Shown: piece by piece, positions 1 through 9,899 of the stretch | Layout: every line of letters begins with the position of its first letter | How positions within the stretch are numbered: the stretch's first letter is position 1 | NCBI GenBank assembly: GCA_964535965.1 | Contig: CAZHWZ010000005.1 | Span: 37-64,036, forward strand | DNA length: 64,000 nt | Reading direction: 5' to 3' | Source: an uncultured Candidatus Bathyarchaeia archaeon | Lineage (GTDB): Archaea; Thermoproteota; Bathyarchaeia; Bathyarchaeales; Bathycorpusculaceae | Translations under genes and position numbers: made by a program | Notes under the pieces: model-generated | Seen by the model: only the letters and a program-made list of their open reading frames with translations | Databases searched by the model: none | Told to the model about the DNA's origin: nothing

Positions 1-371
1 TCGTAGATTTCCCTCGGCTTTAACGCTAAAGCTCTTGCTGGTCCAGAGCCTATTGCAAAATATTCGCCTTTCTTTATCTGCCAGCCTGCAAACTGTGAAC
101 CGAGCGTGGCAATGGCTGGGTGGTCTGTGTAGACAAAAATTGAAGGAAGTTCCAGTTCCCCGTATTTCCTGCTGGTTATTTCTGCTTTTCCGCATCCGCC
201 CATACAGATTTCGGTTATGATTTTTCCAGCTTGAAATCCACCTTTAGCACTTATCCCAGCATCCACAACTGTTGCTCCAGAGCTGGCTTTTTCAACCCCC
301 ACTCCATAAAAATTCGGGTTTTCGCACAACTCCTCTAGGAGCTTCCATGCCAAACGATTTACACTTAACAC
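1..371 (-). CDS. mch: methenyl-tetrahydromethanopterin cyclohydrolase (Mch), N-terminal part; the gene runs off the window start
   Basis: Own minus-strand translation from GTG 371..369: (M)LSVNRLAWKLLEELCENPNFYGVGVEKASSGATVVDAGISAKGGFQAGKIITEICMGGCGKAEI..VYTDHPAIATLGSQFAGWQIKKGEYFAIGSGPARALALKPREIY. The TDHPAIA..LG.Q.AGWQI and GSGPARALALKP blocks match the Mch family as I recall it. Absent from the ORF track because it is truncated. An alternative in-frame GTG lies at 398. It sits directly downstream of fwdC. Confidence 0.8.
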   Translation of the reverse strand, partial: MLSVNRLAWKLLEELCENPNFYGVGVEKASSGATVVDAGISAKGGFQAGKIITEICMGGCGKAEITSRKYGELELPSIFVYTDHPAIATLGSQFAGWQIKKGEYFAIGSGPARALALKPREIY

Positions 372-405
372 ATTTTTCAATGAAGCTTTCTCCTTCACGT
401 TAATT

Positions 406-1230
406 TTAGAGAAATTTCTCATAATAGCTCAGGTGGGGATTTCTCTCTTTTGCAACATAAAGTTTGCCTTTACCGCTTTCGGTAAGGTCTCCCAAGAAAA
501 GGTAAAAGGGTGTCTCAACCACCTCGCCTTCTTCGATCTTAACCTTTTTCTTGATGCCATCTATTGTGAAAGTTGGCAGAACAGACTCTAGAAATCCGCC
601 AATGACTATGGTGCCCTCTGTCATGCATGCGCCGGCCCTTCCTTCACAATCTTTTTGAACATAAATTGTCCCATTATGCATTCGTAAACCTACAAATTGG
701 CCTGCATTTCCATAAATTTTGATTACGCTCTTTCGCATGTAGGCTCCTGCTTCGTTCCCAACGTTTCCATAAACAGTTATCTTTCCTCCACGCATTCCTT
801 CGCTGCTTCCACGATATGGGGCACCTAAATAGTCACCGACGTTTCCATGAATTTCGATTGTCCCGCCCTTCATCATCGAGCCAGCCCATCCAACAACATT
901 TCCATGCACGGTTATTTTGCCGCCTTTCATTTCTTCCCCCAAGTGCATGCCAACATCCCCATAAATCGTTATTTCTCCGCTTTTCATACACGCCCCTATT
1001 CTCCGAACCCTACCTACATCACCGTGAATCACTATTGCTGTTTTTTCAGGCTGACTCTCTGTCTTGATTTCCTCAACCTTGAACAGTTCACTAAGTTTCT
1101 TCTGCTTATTTCCTTCCCAGACATTCAGCTCTCCTATTTCTTCGCATTTTTTGCCCTGGAAAATGTCTGGGGTTATGCATTCAGCTATCGCTGGGAATCT
1201 AAATTCCTTTTTGGGATAGAGGTTTATCAT
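406..1230 (-). CDS. fwdC: formylmethanofuran dehydrogenase subunit C (Fwd/Fmd type not distinguishable)
   Basis: 274 aa with repeated G-x-x-G-x-x-M-x-G-G-x-I-x-(I/V)-x-G-(N/D) beta-helix units (KSGEITIYGDVG, KGGKITVHGNV, KGGTIEIHGNVG, RGGKITVYGNVG), typical of FwdC/GltB-C. Lies in the fwdDBAC gene order. Confidence 0.9.
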   Translation of the reverse strand: MINLYPKKEFRFPAIAECITPDIFQGKKCEEIGELNVWEGNKQKKLSELFKVEEIKTESQPEKTAIVIHGDVGRVRRIGACMKSGEITIYGDVGMHLGEEMKGGKITVHGNVVGWAGSMMKGGTIEIHGNVGDYLGAPYRGSSEGMRGGKITVYGNVGNEAGAYMRKSVIKIYGNAGQFVGLRMHNGTIYVQKDCEGRAGACMTEGTIVIGGFLESVLPTFTIDGIKKKVKIEEGEVVETPFYLFLGDLTESGKGKLYVAKERNPHLSYYEKFL

Positions 1231-2922
1231 TTAGACATCAGCCTTCACAGCTATGGGACGCGAAACTTCAAGATAGTTTTCTGTTACGGGATAGTTTTCG
1301 TATTCAACCGTCCAGTATTCGCTGAACCTTCTCTTCATCTCATCAGTTATTTTAACAGATTCAGAGGCCTGCACATCAAGCCACATGGTGGCGCCCTCAA
1401 CATGCCTTAAAATTTCGCCGTTTTTTACAACTATCTTCCCGTCTTTAATGGTGTAAGCAGCCCTTTTGAACGCTCTTCTTACAGCCTTATACTTCTTAGA
1501 AGGGTCTGTTTTCTCAGGATTAACGTTGTATACGGCTATGTCCGCGTCTGCCCCTATGCCTAAATGCCCCTTACCTTTAAGTCCAAGGGCTTTCGCTTGC
1601 CCGGCCCTGGTCATAATGGCGATTTCGTAAAAGCTCAGTTCACGGTCTATTGAAGGAAGAAGACTTCTGCTTCTCGCTCGTGGATTAATCTTTTTTAGAG
1701 TTGCTTCTCTGGCTTTTCTGCTCATGAACCAAGCAATGATCCTCGGATAAGAGGTAAAGGGGCCGCCGTTAGGATGGTCTGTTGTCATAAAAATTTTCCA
1801 CGGGTCCCTGATTAGTAGGGCTAATTCGAGGCCTATGGACCATTGGATTGCGTGAACGTAGCTTTTACGGCGATAGCGGAAGGGCACTATTCCAGCGCTT
1901 GTTTCTGTTTCTACATCGTGATTAACCCACTTATTTCCGCTTAGCTCGTAAAGCGTGTATTGGAATGGTCCGTCAGCGGTCATGGTTGTTGTGTCTGTGA
2001 ATATTACTTGACCCATGTCCAGGGTTGCATGGGAGTGGTTGTTGACGTATTTTGCGATTTCCTCCGCTCCAGACTCCAGAGTTCTCCAGTCATCGCCCTT
2101 GAAGGCACAGAATTGACAGTGAGTTATGTGAATTACGGGTTTTTCTTCGTTGGCTAAGTCTTCAACGCATTTCATCGTTTCTATGGCTGTGAGATAGTTT
2201 CCCGGTTTTCCAAGATTATTCGTGTGAACGTGGATTGTGTGGGGCAAGTTTAGGAGCTTGTTCACTTTGCATAGTCCACGGATAATTTCCCGTGGTGTAA
2301 TGCCAAAATACGGAACCTGGTCGTCTAAGCTGCTGACATTGTGTCCGAACCCCCAAGCCTCTAACCCTCCAGGATTAACGATTTTTATGGCATATCCCTT
2401 TGTTGAAGTCATCATCCAAGCCACGTATTTTGCGCACTCCTCAATTTTGCCTTCCTTCAAATATTCGAGCACAAACCACCAGTCGCCAAGAAGCGGGTAG
2501 CTAGCCTTATCAACCATTGGAGTGTCGCTCAACTCCTCATGTGTGTGCTTAGCCTCTAAAGGAGGCATTGAAGGATTCATTATCGTGGTATAGCCCATCC
2601 TCGCGTAACGGTAGCCAGTTGTAAATGTTGATGGGATTGAGTAGCCAACCCCAGACCTTGTTGTGGATGTTCTGCGCTCAAAATCCCTAAAGTGGTCTTC
2701 AGGTCTTAGGAGTCTTCCAGTGTTTACTTCTGAACCAGCAATGTGACAGTGGATGTCCACCCCACCGGGCATGACTATCATTCCAGAAGCATCAATTTTT
2801 CTCGCTTTACGTTCATTGACTTTTTCAACGATTTTTCCATCTTTGACCGCAATGTCCATTTTTTCGCCTTTAACATCGTTAATGGGGTCGTAAACGAAAC
2901 CATTTTTTATTAGAAGTTCCAT
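1231..2922 (-). CDS. fwdA: formylmethanofuran dehydrogenase subunit A (amidohydrolase fold)
   Basis: 563 aa. The N-terminus MELLIKNGFVYDP..GMIVMPGGVDIHCHIAG carries the metal-binding HxH of the amidohydrolase superfamily. Size and operon context fit FwdA. Confidence 0.9.
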   Translation of the reverse strand: MELLIKNGFVYDPINDVKGEKMDIAVKDGKIVEKVNERKARKIDASGMIVMPGGVDIHCHIAGSEVNTGRLLRPEDHFRDFERRTSTTRSGVGYSIPSTFTTGYRYARMGYTTIMNPSMPPLEAKHTHEELSDTPMVDKASYPLLGDWWFVLEYLKEGKIEECAKYVAWMMTSTKGYAIKIVNPGGLEAWGFGHNVSSLDDQVPYFGITPREIIRGLCKVNKLLNLPHTIHVHTNNLGKPGNYLTAIETMKCVEDLANEEKPVIHITHCQFCAFKGDDWRTLESGAEEIAKYVNNHSHATLDMGQVIFTDTTTMTADGPFQYTLYELSGNKWVNHDVETETSAGIVPFRYRRKSYVHAIQWSIGLELALLIRDPWKIFMTTDHPNGGPFTSYPRIIAWFMSRKAREATLKKINPRARSRSLLPSIDRELSFYEIAIMTRAGQAKALGLKGKGHLGIGADADIAVYNVNPEKTDPSKKYKAVRRAFKRAAYTIKDGKIVVKNGEILRHVEGATMWLDVQASESVKITDEMKRRFSEYWTVEYENYPVTENYLEVSRPIAVKADV

Positions 2923-4395
2923 TTAGGATGCCTCCGCCTCTTTTCCTCTCTTTATTTTTCTAACTTCAGAGAGGATTCTTCTCAAAATCTCCTCATCTGG
3001 AAGAACTCCCCGAGGCGGTTCAACAACCTTTTTGAGCGGAAGCGGCACATGGTCCATGCGGTAGGCTGTTCCGCTCGCTTCTATTCCAACGAATGCTGAG
3101 GGAAAAGCAACGTCAGCCATCTGGGCTGTGGCATTCATATGAGGGTCTATAACTATCAGTGGATTCTCAACTAGATGTTCAACTGCTTTTCTCGGGAAGT
3201 TTGCCACAGGGTCCGAAGCCACTACTAGGGCTGCATCCGACTCTTTGCGCAAAAGAATATCAACAACAGATGTTTCCCCAGGATTATATCGTGGATAGTC
3301 AAGCGAAAAGTCGACAGCATAAGGATAACCTGTCTGCCATGTAAAAACAGTGTTTGCGCCAGTGACATTAAAGTGTCCTCTCATGGGCATTATCACAAAC
3401 TTCGTTCGCATGTTCAAATCGCGAATCAAAGAAAGCGCCGCGTCTATGTTTCTGAGTTTACCTTTACTCATTGTCAGCCCAAGCCCGAAGAATAGCGCTC
3501 CGAAGTTGCAACTAATCATTGCGTCAACAACCTCTTCCAGATATTCCATAGGCACTCCAGCGACCTCGTCACTATCAATTTCTTGGTTGCGAACCAGAGC
3601 CCTAAAGGCCTGGAGAAGCTCATAATCCTTGTTCGGCTCAACTTGAATGAAATAATCAGCTATTTCTGCAGATCTTGTCTTTCTAACGTCGATAACTATT
3701 AGTTTTCTCCCCTCCTTGAAAATCGCTGGGGAAGGCTTTTTTTCAAGATGGGAGGGAATGGGAGGCTTTTTCTTAAGGAATATCCTTCTAAGGGCGCTTT
3801 CAATTTTCTTCCTACCTATTGAGGCTTTAATTTTGGCTAGGTATCCTCTCCATGCGCTCCTCTCGAACCTCCCCTCCGAAAAGGCTGTGTACCTTTCAAT
3901 ATGTCTTGGATGTGCGCTCCATGGGTTGCTTCCCCAGTAGATCACGAGGTCTGCTCTATGCCTAATCTGTCCAAGAGTGCACGACGGAATGCCAACATCT
4001 TGAATGCTTAAAATTGACGGGCCATGACAAACAGTTGATGTGTTATCAATTACTCCTCCAACCTCTTCTGCTAATTCTAGGCCTACTCGCATGGCTTCGC
4101 AGCTTGTTGAACTCCAGCCGTACAATATTGGATAGTTTGCTTCAGCAAGGATTTCAGCAGCCTTTCTTGTGGCCTCTCTAAGCGAGGCTTTGACGAGTTT
4201 TCCATTCTTCCTTATTAGCGGCTTCAAAACTCTGTGTTCGCCGTTATAGCCCAAAAACTTTGATTCGCACATTGCACAGCCTTTTTTAACCTTGACTATC
4301 TTTCCATCCTCAACGGTCAATTCTATATCGTCACATAGGCTACCGCAAACCGGACATGTCACAGCTTTAACAACCGGCATGCTACTCCTTCCCAA
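2923..4395 (-). CDS. fwdB: formylmethanofuran dehydrogenase subunit B (molybdopterin oxidoreductase), Cys-type, with a Lys-rich insertion
   Basis: N-terminal Cys cluster CPVCGSLCDD..GCAMC, a TSTVCHGPS segment (Cys, not TGA, at the predicted Mo/W ligand position) and the molybdopterin-oxidoreductase layout. About 490 aa, longer than I expect for FwdB (see finding). Confidence 0.9.
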   Translation of the reverse strand: MGRSSMPVVKAVTCPVCGSLCDDIELTVEDGKIVKVKKGCAMCESKFLGYNGEHRVLKPLIRKNGKLVKASLREATRKAAEILAEANYPILYGWSSTSCEAMRVGLELAEEVGGVIDNTSTVCHGPSILSIQDVGIPSCTLGQIRHRADLVIYWGSNPWSAHPRHIERYTAFSEGRFERSAWRGYLAKIKASIGRKKIESALRRIFLKKKPPIPSHLEKKPSPAIFKEGRKLIVIDVRKTRSAEIADYFIQVEPNKDYELLQAFRALVRNQEIDSDEVAGVPMEYLEEVVDAMISCNFGALFFGLGLTMSKGKLRNIDAALSLIRDLNMRTKFVIMPMRGHFNVTGANTVFTWQTGYPYAVDFSLDYPRYNPGETSVVDILLRKESDAALVVASDPVANFPRKAVEHLVENPLIVIDPHMNATAQMADVAFPSAFVGIEASGTAYRMDHVPLPLKKVVEPPRGVLPDEEILRRILSEVRKIKRGKEAEAS

Positions 4396-4789
4396 ACTGT
4401 TCCTTGAGAAGCTCTTCCAGGCTTAGAAGAGGCTTATCTGGAGCAGGCTCAACTTCCGCCGGAATCCCTTTCAAAGAGGGCATACCAATGCCATGAGTTT
4501 CAGGGTCCACCACGGCATTTGCCCATGGACCATAAGGAATAAAAATTATTCCCGGGTGTGGGGTTCTTAGGGATTTTAGAGCTTTGACGACTACTGAGCC
4601 ATAATCCGTTGACACCAGAACGTTGGTTTTCTCTTTTATTCCAAGCTTCTTTAGGTCTTCAGGGTCCATGTAGCAAACTGAAACGCTTTCCATATATTCC
4701 CTTGAGGCTTTTCCACGCTCCTTTCCTACACCTTGCTCTATTGTCCGACCAGTAAGCAATGTTACCCGCAGTTTTAGATTCTGTCTCAT
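4382..4789 (-). CDS. fwdD: formylmethanofuran dehydrogenase subunit D (molybdopterin dinucleotide-binding beta-barrel)
   Basis: 135 aa. LTGRTIEQG..VCYMDPEDLKKLGI..G..V.V resembles the Molydop_binding domain. Overlaps fwdB by 14 nt. GAGGT lies 6 nt upstream of the ATG. Confidence 0.85.
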   Translation of the reverse strand: MRQNLKLRVTLLTGRTIEQGVGKERGKASREYMESVSVCYMDPEDLKKLGIKEKTNVLVSTDYGSVVVKALKSLRTPHPGIIFIPYGPWANAVVDPETHGIGMPSLKGIPAEVEPAPDKPLLSLEELLKEQFGKE

Positions 4790-4903
4790 TCGTTAACCTC
4801 TGCTTAGTTAGAAATGCTTCTTCGTCTAAATCTGTCACATTTTGAAGGTTAACTACTTGATTTAACCTAATTAACTTTTATCTCTAAATAACCATGTTAC
4901 AGA

Positions 4904-5860
4904 TTATGGTCTGTATCCGTTCAGAATGCCTAAAGCCAGAGCAGCCGCAATTATGTCAGCGGTTGTTCCAGGATTCAAAGTATTACCGGATTTTCTAAGC
5001 GCTAAGTCAAATTCACGAAGCCTCTCTCTACCCATTGAAGTTTTAAGTCCACCAAGCTTCAGAACTTTCGCCGCTGCAGAAGAGACTTCTTTGGCTTTTT
5101 CAATGCCAGTCTTCCTAGCTATAAAAGTGTCTGGATACTCGGCTAGAACCTTTAAGAACGTGTGAACTATGGCCATGTTTAAGTCTTTAGTTTCCCTGAT
5201 TTGTTCCATTAAAAATGGGTATGCAACGTCGAAAGTTATTGGATAATTGCTGACCCATTCGGAACAAACCATGTCATATTTTGAGGCTATTTTGAAGACA
5301 TCGTAAAGCGGAATTTTTTCTTCGCGTATCTTATTTATGGAGTTTGGATCATTAACGTCAAGTTCTGGAGCCGAGCCGAGCCCACTTGGGTTGGCGATTT
5401 TTATCGCTTCATAAACACCCACCGCGTCCTCTGGCGTTGTCGATTCCACAACACACTTCACATTTTTCCTCAGCTCTGAAATCTCAAAGATATGCTCTTC
5501 TTTGGTTGGAGTCATCCCAGCGGCGACCGCGATAGGCGAGAGCAAGATCACCGTGCCGAGCAGTGTGTTACCGCCCCGCTGCCAAGCATTAATATTCGCT
5601 ACGCAATCCCTTATGATCCGCCCCAGCCGAACACCCCTAACGTGAATTTCTCCTCGAGAAACTGCAACTCCCCGTTCTGCCGCCAACTCGAAATAGGGCG
5701 CTGCAGCAACCGCGGAAGCAAGAAAATGCTCATAACGTGTGCCTTCAAAGCCAACTATTAAATTTACGTTTCCAGGTTTATCGGCACTTACTTCAAAAAG
5801 GATAGCCAACTGCAAGCACTTTGAAATATGCTTAGGTTTCTTACATGAATGTATTTGCAA
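4904..5860 (-). CDS. CitG/MdcB-family protein (triphosphoribosyl-dephospho-CoA synthase-like)
   Basis: Motifs ADKPGNVN, GGNTLLG and NPGTTADIIAAALAL resemble the CitG family. The listed ORF extends to 5968 but would overlap the divergent gene starting at 5954. I place the start at the in-frame TTG at 5860 (LQIHSCKKPK..), which is uncertain. Confidence 0.6.
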   Translation of the reverse strand: MQIHSCKKPKHISKCLQLAILFEVSADKPGNVNLIVGFEGTRYEHFLASAVAAAPYFELAAERGVAVSRGEIHVRGVRLGRIIRDCVANINAWQRGGNTLLGTVILLSPIAVAAGMTPTKEEHIFEISELRKNVKCVVESTTPEDAVGVYEAIKIANPSGLGSAPELDVNDPNSINKIREEKIPLYDVFKIASKYDMVCSEWVSNYPITFDVAYPFLMEQIRETKDLNMAIVHTFLKVLAEYPDTFIARKTGIEKAKEVSSAAAKVLKLGGLKTSMGRERLREFDLALRKSGNTLNPGTTADIIAAALALGILNGYRP

Positions 5861-5953
5861 TTGTACTCCCTTGAGTATATCAGTAACGCAGAAAGTTTTA
5901 TTAAAGTTGTGTAAAAAATTACACAGCAATGAAGAATTCAACATTGGATTGGG

Positions 5954-6724
5954 ATGACCATGACTCAAAAATACGTTACTAATTCAGTATTCCTGGCTTT
6001 GACTGGCGTATGGACAGCGTTAATGCTGGCACTCGCCTTGATACCAACTTATCCAGTTTTGGGAACCCCTGCCGTGATAACATTGTCGGGCATTATATTC
6101 TCAGCTTTGACTGCTCCTTTACTAGGTCCGTTGTGGGGTACGCTTTCAGGTTTTGTTTTTGGATGGCTTGTTTCATATGTAAATCCAACGACAAACATGG
6201 GCTTACTTACATTTCTAGGTCCAACAATGTCCGCTGTGATGGGCGGACTCGTGTTGTTTAACAGATGGAAAGAAGCAATATTGATTTTTGTGGTGCAAAT
6301 GGTTGTATGGTTTGCACATCCATTTGCATGGTATCAAGCCATGCCTATCATAACATGGCAATATCTACCAGTCGTCGTGTTTATCGTCGTTCCTCTCGTC
6401 AGAAAGTGGATTGTAAACTCTATAACCGCCAGAAACAATCCAACAAAGCTAGCAATAGCCTTGTGGTGTCTCGCATGGACCGCACGAATAGGCGGAGAGG
6501 TTGCCGCCAGCAACAACAATGCTGTATGGGTTTTAGGCTGGGGTACTTCAGAAATGTATCTGTATTGGGCTCCAGCAACGGTCTATTATGCAATCGCTGA
6601 CTCTCTAAACTGTCTAGCGGGAGCAATCATTGGCACAGCAGTGATTTTAGCCCTGAAGAGAGCTAACATAAAAATACTCGCAATAGATTCCATAGAGTCC
6701 AAAGCAAAAGAAGGCAATCAATGA
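5954..6724 (+). CDS. polytopic membrane protein of unknown function (about 6-7 TM; ECF S-component-like is only a guess)
   Basis: 256 aa, hydrophobic throughout, with several predicted helices. Its stop overlaps the start of the next gene (ATGA at 6721-6724). Confidence 0.5.
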   Translation: MTMTQKYVTNSVFLALTGVWTALMLALALIPTYPVLGTPAVITLSGIIFSALTAPLLGPLWGTLSGFVFGWLVSYVNPTTNMGLLTFLGPTMSAVMGGLVLFNRWKEAILIFVVQMVVWFAHPFAWYQAMPIITWQYLPVVVFIVVPLVRKWIVNSITARNNPTKLAIALWCLAWTARIGGEVAASNNNAVWVLGWGTSEMYLYWAPATVYYAIADSLNCLAGAIIGTAVILALKRANIKILAIDSIESKAKEGNQ

Positions 6725-7731
6725 AAACAAGAGAAGGAGACATTCTCAGAGACTTAAATGGAATAATGTTTGACGTCAAAGGTTCAGTTCATCCTCTAAG
6801 CAGGGTTATCGCCTTTCCCCGTTTCATCCCAAATTCTTGCGGTAATCGCACCCAAGGAGAAGTCACTTACAGGAAGATCTATAGCATCTCGGAGCGTTTT
6901 AAGTTCCTTGAGGAAAAATTTCCTCAATACGTAATTTATGACACTATCTTTGACGAAGTGCTTTGCGAAGTGCCAACAGAAAATGTAAAGCATCTCTATA
7001 GGCCAGTTGGCCGTTTGAAGGAACTTCGGCGCGCAAGAGAATCGGATGAGTTGGAAAAAGACGCGTTAGAGTTTCTCGACCTTCTAAAAAGCTACGTGAA
7101 CGTGCCGTGGAGTAAAATGGGGATTTCAGGCTCGCTTCTTGTCAAATTGCACACTCCAAGTTCTGACATTGACCCAATAATTTATGGAAGCGAAAACTGT
7201 CGCAGAGTCTACGAAGCGTTGAAGATTTTGATGCAGGATCCGGAAAGCCCCGTGAAACCATACTCCATGGAAGAGTTGCAAGGGCTTTTTCGCTTTCGCT
7301 TCGAAGACACAAAAATACCCTTCGAAGATTTTGTTCGGACAGAATCGCGAAAGGTTTTGCAGGGTAGATTCAAAAATAGAGACTACTTTATACGATTTGT
7401 TAAGGATTGGGGCGAGATTCACTCGGAGTATGGTGCAATACGTTATGAAAATGTTGGTTATGCCAAGATTAAAGCGGAAATTGAGGATGATTCAGAGGCC
7501 ATTTTCACACCGTGCAGTTATAAAATCAAAAATGTAGAATTCCTCAAAGGAACCCATTTTCCAATAGAGGAAATAGCTTCTTTTCGCGGCAGATTTTGTG
7601 AGCAAGCCAGAACCAGCGAAGTTGTTGTTGCGCAAGGAAAAGTTGAACGCGTCATAGACAAGGGGCAAAATCATGAGTATTTTAGGCTTCTGCTTGGAAA
7701 TAAGCCCTCAGATTATATGGTGCTTGCATAG
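6721..7731 (+). CDS. Pol-beta-superfamily nucleotidyltransferase with N-terminal beta-rich domain and C-terminal OB-like barrel (paralogue 1)
   Basis: GISGSLLVKLHTPSSDIDPIIYG is the G-S..D-x-D minimal NTase signature. N-terminal EGDIL..GIMFDVKGSVHP..RVIAFPR. C-terminal IEDDSEAIFTPCSYKIKNV. Resembles the archaeal 'predicted nucleotidyltransferase' family (COG1665-like, from memory). Confidence 0.6.
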   Translation: MKTREGDILRDLNGIMFDVKGSVHPLSRVIAFPRFIPNSCGNRTQGEVTYRKIYSISERFKFLEEKFPQYVIYDTIFDEVLCEVPTENVKHLYRPVGRLKELRRARESDELEKDALEFLDLLKSYVNVPWSKMGISGSLLVKLHTPSSDIDPIIYGSENCRRVYEALKILMQDPESPVKPYSMEELQGLFRFRFEDTKIPFEDFVRTESRKVLQGRFKNRDYFIRFVKDWGEIHSEYGAIRYENVGYAKIKAEIEDDSEAIFTPCSYKIKNVEFLKGTHFPIEEIASFRGRFCEQARTSEVVVAQGKVERVIDKGQNHEYFRLLLGNKPSDYMVLA

Positions 7732-7734
7732 CGG

Positions 7735-8808
7735 TTAAGCTGGTGCAACCTTCAGAACTTGCTCGTAGTATCTTGGGCAATATGTCAATGTTACCTGGTG
7801 AAAGCTACCTCCAGGGGTTGTAACCTCTTCCAGATTTCCTTCAACACAGACCTTTTCGTCCTTATGGGCTTGCATTCGAAACTCCTCCACAAAAGAAACT
7901 ATGCGCGTAACTTTCTTGGCGCCGCTTGTTCCATGTAAAACTGTTATTGGTTCTATGCCGTAAACTGACGGAATAAAGGGTGCGTCTTGGTCGTCTATTA
8001 CCCGTGCGAACATTTTGGTCCAGCCTTTCTGCACAATTATTGTTTCAGAAGAGTAAATGTTGCCAATTTCTTCCCAGTCTTTTACGGGCTCAAACTCTGT
8101 CTTGATTATTCTCTCACCTTTTTCATCTTTGAACAACGCGTAAAACATTTTCCTTTGCTGATGCCAAACAAACTCTTTAGGACTGTAATTTTGGAATCTC
8201 CAATTCTTTCCTCTAATCGATTCTTCGCTTTCGAACTCGTTTCTAAGCAGAGAATGCCTATCCTTATACGATTCCTGTAAAGTTTTACACAATTTGACCG
8301 TGTTTTCTCTGCCGTAGATGATTAAGTCTATGTCAGAAAATTTTGGATGGTAAAATCCATGAAGCAAGGAGCCGAACACGCCAAAATTCTTAATTGACAA
8401 ACCAGAGTGTTTGGTTATGAGTTTTAGAACGTTCTGCAAAGCTGCAAGGAGTTCATCCTTCGGCTCTGTTTCAGTTAGCTTTCTAAGCTCCTCATTTGGT
8501 CTTCGCACCTCCACGATATTATGGCACTCAACGCTCACAACCTTCTTGCCGAGCATTTCGTGAAAAATCATGTATTGCAGAAAATTGTTTTTTATAAAAT
8601 TCCAGCCCTCATCCTCATAGAATTTATAGAAAACGTGCTTCTCGTTGGTTCTAAACGCTTTAGGATCGTCGGACTTGAAGATTTCTGCTGGCGCATATTC
8701 AGCATCACAAATGTAAGCGTTTGATGGATGGGAGTAGCCGAAAACACGGAAGATTAATCCCTCCTTTGTTATTATTGCGTCGCGGTCTCTAAGCCTTAAA
8801 GTGGCCAA
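7735..8808 (-). CDS. Pol-beta-superfamily nucleotidyltransferase plus OB-like protein (paralogue 2)
   Basis: GVFGSLLHGFYHPKFSDIDLIIYG. N-terminal KEGLIFRVFGYSHPSN. C-terminal VIDDQDAPFIPSVYGIEPI. Same three-part layout as 6721..7731. Confidence 0.6.
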   Translation of the reverse strand: MATLRLRDRDAIITKEGLIFRVFGYSHPSNAYICDAEYAPAEIFKSDDPKAFRTNEKHVFYKFYEDEGWNFIKNNFLQYMIFHEMLGKKVVSVECHNIVEVRRPNEELRKLTETEPKDELLAALQNVLKLITKHSGLSIKNFGVFGSLLHGFYHPKFSDIDLIIYGRENTVKLCKTLQESYKDRHSLLRNEFESEESIRGKNWRFQNYSPKEFVWHQQRKMFYALFKDEKGERIIKTEFEPVKDWEEIGNIYSSETIIVQKGWTKMFARVIDDQDAPFIPSVYGIEPITVLHGTSGAKKVTRIVSFVEEFRMQAHKDEKVCVEGNLEEVTTPGGSFHQVTLTYCPRYYEQVLKVAPA

Positions 8809-9833
8809 ATGTGCTCTTCCTCGCTGATGCCTGTTCCGACAACGACCTGATGAAAGACTTTGCTTGTTTCAAGATTTTCAACTTGCTCCAGCATCCCGGC
8901 GACCCTAATTTTATTGCCTTGTCTGGCTATGTTTCTGTAACATCCAATCATAGAAACGACAAGCTCTGGAATCTTTTCTTTGGGAAGAACTGAAATCGAA
9001 TTAGCTGGTTCGTAATCTTCAACTTTGTAGATTGCTGGACGGAACATGGCTTCGCTATCGTCCTTGACTGTGCAGCTAAACTTTACTAAGGTGAGCGGCG
9101 TAAACTTGTACATTCCATACTTTGAATTGACTTCTTCCGGTTTGCGAACCGCGTTGTACATGAAAATCTTGCTTAGATAGCGACCTTTACACCGCCTTGC
9201 AGCATCTAAACGATTATTAAAAACGTAGCTCAATGTTCCGGTCTCAACAAGTTTTTCTATGGTTTTCTCTAATTTGCGAAAGCTCTGTGCCCCATAAACG
9301 ACAATGTCTATGTCTGACTTCGACGTGTGCATGTTCAAAGCGATAGAGCCGTGAACGCCAAAATTCTCCAAGGTAATTCCTGATTCACCAGACAGCAAAT
9401 TGACGAAATCTAACGTCATCTTCTGCAAGTTATCCTTTCTTTTAATCTTTGTTAGAGAATGCAAGCATTCTTTTGGAACATAAACTTTTTTAATAGAGTT
9501 CAGCGGTGTGCTGATGACCTCTTTTTTTCTGAATGGACAAAAGTAAACATAGTTTGGGAAATTTTTTCGAAAAGCCTCAAGAAATGTTTGATAATTTTTC
9601 GCTGTGTAGAGTTTTTCAGCTCGAAAAAGTCTCAGCCTTCCGTGTCTCCAAGTTCTTTCTAGAAGGCGAACATGAAAAAGCCTCCTAAATTTGGAGGGTG
9701 TATATTTTAGAAAGGAGAAAACGCGGTCGCTTGGATGCTCATATCCAAAAACATTGAGTATAAAACCCTCTTCAGTTACAAACGTATCTCCATCTATTGG
9801 AACCCAATTTTCGAGCATAGTTGTTTGAAACAC
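8796..9833 (-). CDS. Pol-beta-superfamily nucleotidyltransferase plus OB-like protein (paralogue 3)
   Basis: GVHGSIALNMHTSKSDIDIVVYG. N-terminal EEGFILNVFGYEHPSDRVFSF. C-terminal VKDDSEAMFRPAIYKVEDY. Overlaps paralogue 2 by 13 nt, so the two probably form an operon. Confidence 0.6.
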   Translation of the reverse strand: MFQTTMLENWVPIDGDTFVTEEGFILNVFGYEHPSDRVFSFLKYTPSKFRRLFHVRLLERTWRHGRLRLFRAEKLYTAKNYQTFLEAFRKNFPNYVYFCPFRKKEVISTPLNSIKKVYVPKECLHSLTKIKRKDNLQKMTLDFVNLLSGESGITLENFGVHGSIALNMHTSKSDIDIVVYGAQSFRKLEKTIEKLVETGTLSYVFNNRLDAARRCKGRYLSKIFMYNAVRKPEEVNSKYGMYKFTPLTLVKFSCTVKDDSEAMFRPAIYKVEDYEPANSISVLPKEKIPELVVSMIGCYRNIARQGNKIRVAGMLEQVENLETSKVFHQVVVGTGISEEEHIWPL

Positions 9834-9899
9834 CTTAATAGAATTAGTTGACGCTTTAAAAAAGTCTACTGTTTAAAGATAGTAATATTTAAGATAAGC

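Noticed and set aside
847-1410. Long antisense ORFs inside well-supported genes, for example 847..1410(+), 13764..14474(+), 28441..29016(-), 29791..30363(-), 47841..48539(+) and 54448..55029(-)
   Set aside because: Each lies entirely opposite a gene with clear family motifs. Their translations are low-complexity (Ser/Pro/Leu-rich) with no motifs. They are typical shadow ORFs.
5861-5968. Upstream extension of the CitG-like ORF to 5968
   Set aside because: It would overlap the 5' end of the divergently transcribed gene at 5954 and would leave no promoter space. The extension adds no family-like sequence. The chosen TTG start is still only a guess.
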